A stretch of DNA of 64,000 nucleotides from Candidatus Binatus sp. (GTDB lineage: Bacteria > Desulfobacterota > Binatia > Binatales > Binataceae): positions 1,365 through 65,364 of the forward strand of contig NZ_JAUSKL010000122.1 in NCBI RefSeq assembly GCF_030646925.1, in the 5' to 3' direction. Under the pieces are notes generated by a model, which had not been told where the DNA came from, searched no databases, and saw only the letters and a program-made list of their open reading frames with translations. A program made the translations under genes and the position numbers. Shown piece after piece: positions 57,090-64,000 of this stretch; the stretch's first letter is position 1, and the number at the start of each line of letters is the position of its first letter.

Positions 57090-57203
57090 CAGGCGGTGGC
57101 TATTGTGAATGCGTCGTGGCCGTTAGGCAAGGCGGGCGGAGTGGTTGGGAGGTGAAGTCTGAGCGTGCTAAGTAACGAGAAATCGAGAAGGAAAAAAGCT
57201 GTA

Positions 57204-57476
57204 ATGCTGTTCGCGATTATCGGATATGACGGACCGGAAGGCGCGGCGCTGAGGCCAAAGGTACGGCCGGTGCATCTGGAGCATCTGAGGCCGTACGTCG
57301 CGGCGGGCAAGGTGCGGCTCGCGGGGCCATTCACGGATGGCAGCGGGAGCCTGATCGTGATCGACGTGGAGACGGAGGCGGCGGCGATCGAATTTTCGCA
57401 GCGCGATCCATACTTCACGGAGGGCGTGTTCGAGCGAGTCGAGGTGAAGCCGTTCCGGCAGGTGTTCCCGGAGTGA
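57204..57476 (+). CDS. YciI-family protein
   Basis: MLFAIIGYDGP...RPVHLEHL...GPFTDGSGSLIVIDVE...DPYF. Confidence 0.8.
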   Translation: MLFAIIGYDGPEGAALRPKVRPVHLEHLRPYVAAGKVRLAGPFTDGSGSLIVIDVETEAAAIEFSQRDPYFTEGVFERVEVKPFRQVFPE

Positions 57477-57477
57477 G

Positions 57478-57700
57478 AGGAAGGGATCCTTCGACTCCGG
57501 CAGCGGACAAGAGAGTGTGCGGAGCGGTTTCCGTGTCATCCCGAGCGAGCGTAGCGACGAGGGATCCCGGATCCGGGATTTCTCGCTGCGCTCAGAACAA
57601 CAGAGGCGAGGATGATCGAGGGGGGACGGCGCGGGTGATAGAAGAAGGAACAGGAGCCGGGATTCCTCGCGCGGCGGCCACGCGCGGGAATGACAGAAGT
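57478..57700. repeat. cluster of REP/MITE-like palindromic elements (copy 3 plus a second hairpin)
   Basis: ggatccttcgactccggcagc ... ccgtgtcatcccgagcgagcgtagcgacgagggatcccggatccgggatttctcgctgcgctcag, then gggattcctcgcgcggcggccacgcgcgggaatgac. Confidence 0.7.
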
Positions 57701-57763
57701 TCGCACGGACAAAAAAATCACAGGCTCTCAGAATGACAAGAAAAGAAGTGACATGGAGCTTCG

Positions 57764-58966
57764 ATGGCAGGCGCATTATCAAGTCTGAAAATTGTTGAAG
57801 TGGGCGAGATGGTGTCGGCGCCGTATTGCAGCAAGTTGCTGGCGGACATGGGCGCCGACGTTATTAAGGTCGAGCGGCCAAGAATCGGCGATCGGACGCG
57901 TACGCGAGGGCCGTTCCCCGGCGACCAGTCGCATCCGGAGAAGAGCGGGCTTTTTCTCTATCTCAACACCAACAAACGCGGCGTCACGCTCGATATCGCG
58001 CAGCCGGAAGGATTCGAGTTGCTCGAGAAGCTCGCCGCCGACGCTGACATCCTGATTCACAACGTCGCGCCGCCTGACATGGATCGAATCGGGTTCACCT
58101 ACGAGCGGATGCGCGGCGTGAGTCCGAAATTGATCATGACGTCGATCACGCCGTTCGGGCTCAGCGGGCCGTATCGGAATTATCGCGCTGAGGATTTAAC
58201 GGTGTGGGCGGCGGGCGGAGTTTGCGTGCTGAATGGCAGCCCGGGGCATCCGGAATTGCCGCCGCTCAAAACCGCGGGGCATCAGGCGGGATACCAAGGG
58301 GGCGTGGCGGGCGCGACGGCGACAGTCGCGGCGGCGTTCGCGCAAATTCAGAGCGGCGAGGGTCAGCATATCGAGGTGTCGTGCCAGGAATCGATCACGT
58401 CGATGCTCGAGATGACGTTCGAGTATTGGCCCTACATGAAGATGATCGCGACGCGGCTGGGGCAGAAGCCGCTGCAGCCGGTCGAGACGATGGAGTGCAA
58501 GGACGGCTACATCTACTTGTGCTGTATCGAGGAGCATCAGTGGCGCGGCTTCGTCGAGATCATGGGCAATCCGGAGTGGGCGGACGAGGAGATTTTCGGC
58601 GATCGATTGAAGCGGGCGCTCAACTGGGACGTGCTGAAGGTGCTGCTGCAGGAATGGGTGGGCCAGCAGACGGTGCTCGATTTGTATCGCAAGGCGCAGG
58701 CGAAGCGGGTGCCGTTCGCGCCGGTCTCGACGATGGGCGACCTGCTCAGTTCGGAGCATCTGAAGGCGCGCGGATTTTTCGTCGAGATCGCGCAGCCGGT
58801 GGCGGGGACGCACAAGTATCCGGGCGCGCCGCTCAAGTACAGTCGCACGCCGTGGGAGATCAAGCGGCCGGCGCCGACGCTAGGCCAGCATAATGGCGAA
58901 ATTTTCGGCAAGCTCGGAATATCGGAATCGAAGCAGAGTGAACTCAAGCGCAAAGGTGTGATCTAG
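57764..58966 (+). CDS. family III CoA-transferase
   Basis: LSSLKIVEVGEMVSAPYCSKLLADMGADVIKVE. Confidence 0.85.
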   Translation: MAGALSSLKIVEVGEMVSAPYCSKLLADMGADVIKVERPRIGDRTRTRGPFPGDQSHPEKSGLFLYLNTNKRGVTLDIAQPEGFELLEKLAADADILIHNVAPPDMDRIGFTYERMRGVSPKLIMTSITPFGLSGPYRNYRAEDLTVWAAGGVCVLNGSPGHPELPPLKTAGHQAGYQGGVAGATATVAAAFAQIQSGEGQHIEVSCQESITSMLEMTFEYWPYMKMIATRLGQKPLQPVETMECKDGYIYLCCIEEHQWRGFVEIMGNPEWADEEIFGDRLKRALNWDVLKVLLQEWVGQQTVLDLYRKAQAKRVPFAPVSTMGDLLSSEHLKARGFFVEIAQPVAGTHKYPGAPLKYSRTPWEIKRPAPTLGQHNGEIFGKLGISESKQSELKRKGVI

Positions 58967-58968
58967 TC

Positions 58969-60213
58969 ATGGCCAAGCCGCCGCTATCGGGAATCAAGGT
59001 TTGCGATTTTACATGGGTGTGGGCCGGGCCGTATTGCACGCTGCAACTGGCGCATCTGGGGGCCGAGGTAATCAGGATCGAGACCAAGAATCGGCCATGC
59101 GTGACGCGGATGCTGCCGCCGTGGCCGGATGGGAAATTCGACAGCCTCAACAAGTCGGGCTACTTCAATCAATACAACCAGGGCAAGAAATCGCTGTCGC
59201 TGAATTTCAAGCATCCCGAGGCGCACGAGGCGGCGTGGCGATTGATCAAGCGCGCCGACGTCGTGATCAACAATTTCGCGGCGGGCGTGATCGAGAAGAT
59301 GGGCTTCGGCTACGAAGCGATCAGGAAAGTGAATCCCAACGTGGTGATGGCGTCGCTATCCGGCTACGGCGACACCGGGCCGTATAGTAAGTATGTTGCA
59401 TACGGGCCGGCGCAGGTCCCGCTCTCGGGACTATCGGCGCTGACTGGCTATAAGGGGTTCCCGCCGATGCATGCGGGATTTAGCTATGCGGATCCTAGTG
59501 CGGGAATACACGGCGCGTTCGCGATTATCGCGGCGCTGTTTCATCGCGCGAAGACCAGCGAAGGGCAATATATCGACATGAGCCAGTGGGAATGCGCGAT
59601 GGACCTGCTGGCAGAAGGGATTCTGGAATACACGATGAACGGGCGGGAGCCGGAACGAAACGGCAATCGCGATCCGATGATGGCGCCGCACGGAATATTC
59701 AAGTGTCTCGATTTGCCGGAAAAGGTATTGGATGTGACTATCGACGAATGGGTATCGATAGTATGTGCCGATGACGCTGAATGGGCGCGACTGGCTAGTG
59801 CATTAGGTAAACCGGGATTGGCTAGTGACGCGCGGTTCAAGACGCTCGCGGCGCGCAAGCAGAACGAAGATGCGCTCGAGGCGGTGATTACGGAGTGGAC
59901 CTCGACGCGCAGAGTCGCAGACGTGGTCGAGACGTTGCAGGCAGCGGGTGTCGCGGCGGGCGCTTGCGCCGACAACAAGTACATCTCGGAGGACCCGCAT
60001 CTGAACGCGCGCGGTTACTTCGTCTATCGGGAGCATCCGGAGGTCGGGGTGCAACAGCACTGCGGGATTCCGTGGCGGATGAGCGGCACGCCGTGCGAGG
60101 TGCGATCGGCGGCGCCGACGCTGGGGCAGCATACCGACGAGGTGCTGACGACTCTGCTCGGTTACAGCAAGGCGGAAGTGGATGCGATGCGCGCGAAGGG
60201 CGCTTTGGATTAG
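58969..60213 (+). CDS. family III CoA-transferase (tandem paralogue)
   Basis: LSGIKVCDFTWVWAGPYCTLQLAHLGAEVIRIE. Confidence 0.85.
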   Translation: MAKPPLSGIKVCDFTWVWAGPYCTLQLAHLGAEVIRIETKNRPCVTRMLPPWPDGKFDSLNKSGYFNQYNQGKKSLSLNFKHPEAHEAAWRLIKRADVVINNFAAGVIEKMGFGYEAIRKVNPNVVMASLSGYGDTGPYSKYVAYGPAQVPLSGLSALTGYKGFPPMHAGFSYADPSAGIHGAFAIIAALFHRAKTSEGQYIDMSQWECAMDLLAEGILEYTMNGREPERNGNRDPMMAPHGIFKCLDLPEKVLDVTIDEWVSIVCADDAEWARLASALGKPGLASDARFKTLAARKQNEDALEAVITEWTSTRRVADVVETLQAAGVAAGACADNKYISEDPHLNARGYFVYREHPEVGVQQHCGIPWRMSGTPCEVRSAAPTLGQHTDEVLTTLLGYSKAEVDAMRAKGALD

Positions 60214-60229
60214 ACGGTAGGGGACGTCG

Positions 60230-61180
60230 ATGCCGACTCATCCAATCAGATTTGGAATTCAGACCGGACAGCAGCATGTCGAGTGGAGCGAACTGAGCGA
60301 TCTGTGGCGCAAGGCCGACGAATGGGGTTACGACTCGCTGTGGACGTTCGATCACTTCTATCCAATCTTCGTTCCTGACCCGAGCGGTCCCTGCCTGGAA
60401 GCGTGGACTGCGCTGAGCGCGCTAAGCCAGCAAACCAAACGCGCACGAATCGGCGCGCTCGTCACCGGCAACACCTATCGCAATCCTTGCGTGCTGGCGA
60501 AGATGGCTGCGACGCTCGACCAGGTGAGCGGCGGGCGCCTGAATCTGGGCGTCGGTTCGGGATGGTTCGAGCTGGAGCATCGAAGTTTCGGAATCGACTT
60601 CAAGACGATTCCCGGCCGTCTGCAGGCGCTGGATGAATCGATCCAAATCATCAAGGGGATGTTCACGCAGGACAAAACCACGCTGCACGGGCGCCACTAC
60701 GATGTGACCGACGCGTTCTGCAATCCCAAGCCGCTGCAGAAGCCGCATCCGCCGATCATGATCGGCGGCCAGGGCGAGAAGGTGTTGCTCAAGTTGGTCG
60801 CGAAACATGCCGATATGTGGAATCTCCCCAACGCGAGCGCGGAGAAGATGGCGCAACTGATCGGAGTGATCGATCGGCATGGGGATATCGTGGGGCGCGA
60901 CACCGATGAAATCGAAAAGACGGTGATGATCGCGCTCTGCTACGGCGCACCCAAGGAGCGCCAGGACGCGATGAGCGGGCTTATCGCCGCGATGAGCCAG
61001 TCGTCACCGGAGCAGGTGCGCCGCCAGATGATGATCGGCTCGCGCGACGAATGTCTCGAGACGATCGATCGCTACACGAAAGCCGGCGTCACGCACTTTA
61101 TCTTCATGATGATGGCGCCGTATTTCATCGACGATGTGCAGCGCTTCGCCGAGGAAGTTATCCCGGCGTTCAAGTCGTAA
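60230..61180 (+). CDS. luciferase-like (LLM) F420-dependent oxidoreductase family
   Basis: IRFGIQTGQQHVEWSELSDLWRKADEWGYDSLWTFDHF is typical of this LLM subclass. Confidence 0.8.
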   Translation: MPTHPIRFGIQTGQQHVEWSELSDLWRKADEWGYDSLWTFDHFYPIFVPDPSGPCLEAWTALSALSQQTKRARIGALVTGNTYRNPCVLAKMAATLDQVSGGRLNLGVGSGWFELEHRSFGIDFKTIPGRLQALDESIQIIKGMFTQDKTTLHGRHYDVTDAFCNPKPLQKPHPPIMIGGQGEKVLLKLVAKHADMWNLPNASAEKMAQLIGVIDRHGDIVGRDTDEIEKTVMIALCYGAPKERQDAMSGLIAAMSQSSPEQVRRQMMIGSRDECLETIDRYTKAGVTHFIFMMMAPYFIDDVQRFAEEVIPAFKS

Positions 61181-61237
61181 CCAGTACGGCGCCGCAGCGG
61201 GTTTGATGCGTTCGGCCCGCCGGAATAGCCTGTTTGG

Positions 61238-62695
61238 GTGCCCACCCGCGAGAACAAATCCAGTCGGATTGGCCGGAGCAGATCGGCGAGCCGCGACGAT
61301 GGATCACGAAAGCACGCCGCGATCGTGCATCAGGCGATCGCGACGGCGCTGAAGCGCATTCCGATTAAGCATGGCGCGAAGATCGTAATCGGAGTCTCCG
61401 GCGGAGCGGATTCGACCGCGCTGCTGCATGCGATGATCGAGTTGCGCGGGCAGTTCGGCGGGCAGATCGCGGCAGCCCATCTGAATCATCGATTGCGCGG
61501 CGCCGAATCCGATCGCGATGAAAATTTCGTGCGCGAGATGTGCGCTGGAATCGGAGTCGAGTTGATCGTTGAGCGCGCCGCCGGACTCGATGCGGGATCT
61601 TCGAATCTCGAGGAGCGTGCGCGCGAGGCTCGCCACAACTTTTTGAATCGTGCGGCGGACGCGCTCGGGGCGGAGCATATCGCACTCGCGCATCACAGCG
61701 GCGATCAGGCGGAAACGGTGCTGATGCGATTGATTCGCGGAGCGGGCGCATCCGGACTCGGCGCAATGTCGGAGCGCGGCCCCGGCCGTCTGATTCGCCC
61801 GATGCTGGCGCTGAGCCGCGCCGACATTATCGGCTATCTCCGCGAGCTTGATTTGGCCTACATCGAAGACGCGACTAACTCGTCGCCGATTTTTTTGCGC
61901 AATCGAATCAGAAACGAACTGATCCCGCTGCTGGAAGGCGAGTACGCGATCGGGGTTGGCAAACGGCTGGTCGAACTGGCCGCCGAGATGCGCTCGCTCG
62001 ACGAATTGGTTACGGCGATCGCGTCGCGCGAGATCGACTCGATGCGAGCGGGACGCGACGCGCTCGACATCGCGCACTTCGGCGGGCTCCATCGCGCGGT
62101 GCAGGCGGCGGTGATTCGCAACTTCATCGGCGAGCAGGTAGGCGATCTCCGCCGGTTCGGCCGCGTGCATATCGATGCGATCATGCGGCTTGCGATCGAA
62201 GGCGGGCCGAGCGATTCGATTGACCTGCCGAACCGATGGCGAGCCTGCCGCGAATATAATCTGTTGCGGCTGACCGACACGAAGCCAAAATCGTCGTTAG
62301 ATTATTCAGTAGCGTTGTGTTTTGAGGGCGCGACGATCGTCGATGCGGCGGGTTTCGTTTTTCAGGCCTCGACGATGTCCGTAACGGATGCGCGGCTGCC
62401 GGCGAGTCCGTCAATCGCGATGTTCGATGCGGGCGCGATCGGAGAATCAGGCTTGATGGTGCGAAATTTCAGCCCGGGCGATCGGATTCGGCCGCTCGGC
62501 ATGACAGGCGTCAAAAAGGTGAAAAACGTATTTATCGATCGGAAAATGCCGCGGACTCGGCGGAGCAGTTATCCGATCATCACGATGCGCGGCGAACCCG
62601 TGTGGATTCCGGGGTTGATGCGGGGAACCCAGGCGCCAATCGACATCACGACGGAAACGGTTTTGCGAATCGAATCGCATGAAACAAAGGCGTAG
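61238..62695 (+). CDS. tilS: tRNA(Ile)-lysidine synthase
   Basis: PP-loop IGVSGGADSTALL. The track start is a GTG; a later GTG near 61324 is possible. Confidence 0.85.
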   Translation: MPTRENKSSRIGRSRSASRDDGSRKHAAIVHQAIATALKRIPIKHGAKIVIGVSGGADSTALLHAMIELRGQFGGQIAAAHLNHRLRGAESDRDENFVREMCAGIGVELIVERAAGLDAGSSNLEERAREARHNFLNRAADALGAEHIALAHHSGDQAETVLMRLIRGAGASGLGAMSERGPGRLIRPMLALSRADIIGYLRELDLAYIEDATNSSPIFLRNRIRNELIPLLEGEYAIGVGKRLVELAAEMRSLDELVTAIASREIDSMRAGRDALDIAHFGGLHRAVQAAVIRNFIGEQVGDLRRFGRVHIDAIMRLAIEGGPSDSIDLPNRWRACREYNLLRLTDTKPKSSLDYSVALCFEGATIVDAAGFVFQASTMSVTDARLPASPSIAMFDAGAIGESGLMVRNFSPGDRIRPLGMTGVKKVKNVFIDRKMPRTRRSSYPIITMRGEPVWIPGLMRGTQAPIDITTETVLRIESHETKA

Positions 62696-62744
62696 CGGAG
62701 CAACATTGCGTGCTTATTAACGAGCGTGATAGCGTCAAAATAGC

Positions 62745-64000
62745 ATGAACCAGTTTTCTCGCAGTATTGCGCTATGGCTAGTGCTGGGACTGATGTTCCT
62801 GCTGCTGTTCAACATCTTCAGCAGGCAGCAGCCCCGTGAGCCTGAAATAATTTTCTCGGACTTCCTCAACCAGGTTGAGAAAGGGCAGGTCGCCAAAGCG
62901 ACGATCCAGGGCAACCTTATCAAGGGCGAGGGTTCGGCCGGGGAGCATTTCAAGACCTACGCGCCGGAGGATCCCGACCTCGTGAAGACGCTCCGCGCCA
63001 AGGGCGTGAAGATCGAGGCGAAACCGGCGGAAGGCGACCCGTGGTGGATGGTCGCGCTGGTGCAATGGTTCCCGGTGCTGGTGCTGGCGGCGCTGTGGAT
63101 ATTCTTCATGCGCCAGATGCAGATTGGGGGCGGCAAGGCGATGTCGTTTGGCAAGAGCCGCGCCAAGCTACTGACTGAAAATACGCACAAAATTACTTTT
63201 GCCGACGTGGCCGGAATCGACGAGGCCAAGGACGAGCTCGAGGAGATAATCCAGTTCCTGCGCGACCCCAAGCGGTTCACCCGCCTCGGCGGACGAATCC
63301 CGAAGGGCGTGCTGCTGGTCGGCGCTCCCGGAACGGGCAAGACGCTGTTGGCGCGCGCAATCGCAGGCGAGGCAGGCGTGCCGTTCTTCTCGATTTCAGG
63401 TTCGGATTTCGTCGAGATGTTCGTTGGCGTCGGCGCGTCGCGAGTGCGCGACTTATTCGTGCAGGGCAAGAAGCACGCGCCATGCATCATCTTTATAGAT
63501 GAGATCGACGCGGTCGGGCGTCATCGTGGCGCGGGTCTCGGCGGCGGGCACGACGAGCGCGAGCAGACGCTCAATCAGTTGCTGGTCGAGATGGACGGCT
63601 TCGAAGCGAACGAGGGCGTAATCCTGGTCGCGGCGACCAATCGTCCAGACGTGCTCGATCCTGCGCTATTGCGGCCGGGCCGATTCGACCGGCGCGTGGT
63701 GGTGCCGCGTCCCGACGTGAAAGGGCGCGAGGGCATCCTCAAGGTACACACTCGCAAAGTTCCGCTCGGTGACGACGTCGATATTACCAAGCTAGCGCGT
63801 TCTTCGCCGGGCTTCGCGGGCGCCGATCTCGAAAACCTTGTGAACGAGGCTGCGCTGCTGGCGGCGCGCCGCAACAAGGACAAGGTCGATATGGGCGATT
63901 TCGAACTCGCCAAAGACAAGGTGATGATGGGCGCGGAGCGGCGCTCGCTGGTGCTTTCGGTGGCGGAGCGCAAGAATACCGCTTATCACGAGGGCGGCCA
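62745..64000 (+). CDS. ftsH: ATP-dependent zinc metalloprotease FtsH, C-terminus lies outside the window
   Basis: Not in the ORF track because it has no stop in the window. Hand translation from ATG 62745: [15 protein letters not shown]..., Walker [14 protein letters not shown], Walker [33 protein letters not shown]. Conserved tilS-ftsH synteny. Confidence 0.9.
   Translation, partial: MNQFSRSIALWLVLGLMFLLLFNIFSRQQPREPEIIFSDFLNQVEKGQVAKATIQGNLIKGEGSAGEHFKTYAPEDPDLVKTLRAKGVKIEAKPAEGDPWWMVALVQWFPVLVLAALWIFFMRQMQIGGGKAMSFGKSRAKLLTENTHKITFADVAGIDEAKDELEEIIQFLRDPKRFTRLGGRIPKGVLLVGAPGTGKTLLARAIAGEAGVPFFSISGSDFVEMFVGVGASRVRDLFVQGKKHAPCIIFIDEIDAVGRHRGAGLGGGHDEREQTLNQLLVEMDGFEANEGVILVAATNRPDVLDPALLRPGRFDRRVVVPRPDVKGREGILKVHTRKVPLGDDVDITKLARSSPGFAGADLENLVNEAALLAARRNKDKVDMGDFELAKDKVMMGAERRSLVLSVAERKNTAYHEGG

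Overview
High-GC chromosomal segment from a diderm (Gram-negative-type) bacterium: lpxD, a GT9 heptosyltransferase, lipobox lipoproteins and an outer-membrane channel are present. I cannot assign a lineage from the sequence alone. I support about 70 protein-coding genes, mostly housekeeping or metabolic. They include treY (partial), the ku-ligD NHEJ pair, a GT-C membrane glycosyltransferase, a fatty-acid desaturase, mscL, crcB plus DUF190, lpxD, grxD-bolA, thiI, pepP, three family-III CoA-transferases, an F420-type LLM oxidoreductase, and tilS-ftsH (ftsH partial). I recognised no rRNA, tRNA, CRISPR array, integrase or transposase. Many long ORFs in the track are antisense or alternative-frame shadow ORFs typical of high-GC DNA. 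The backbone is interrupted by four cassettes, each bracketed by long direct repeats (61-238 bp) copied from the insertion locus itself. (1) About 9.1-13.0 kb holds a tightly coupled operon of five divergent mini-HTH paralogues, a 27-codon relic and a wHTH-CHAT protease, followed by a higBA module. (2) About 15.4-17.0 kb holds gene fragments, including a truncated STAND-type ATPase. (3) About 27.06-29.96 kb holds an uncharacterised 245-aa protein and a sensor-less hybrid histidine kinase. (4) 45.8-48.0 kb holds an XRE-HTH/Fic pair of the 'mobile mystery protein A/B' type plus a chimeric zinc-ribbon protein. The mini-HTH array with CHAT protease is my best candidate for an undescribed system. 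A second notable item is a UGA-containing 'UGSC' selenoprotein gene that the ORF track splits in two; it is ATGA-coupled to a thioredoxin-fold fusion protein. All family assignments rest on motif recognition by eye; no database search was possible.
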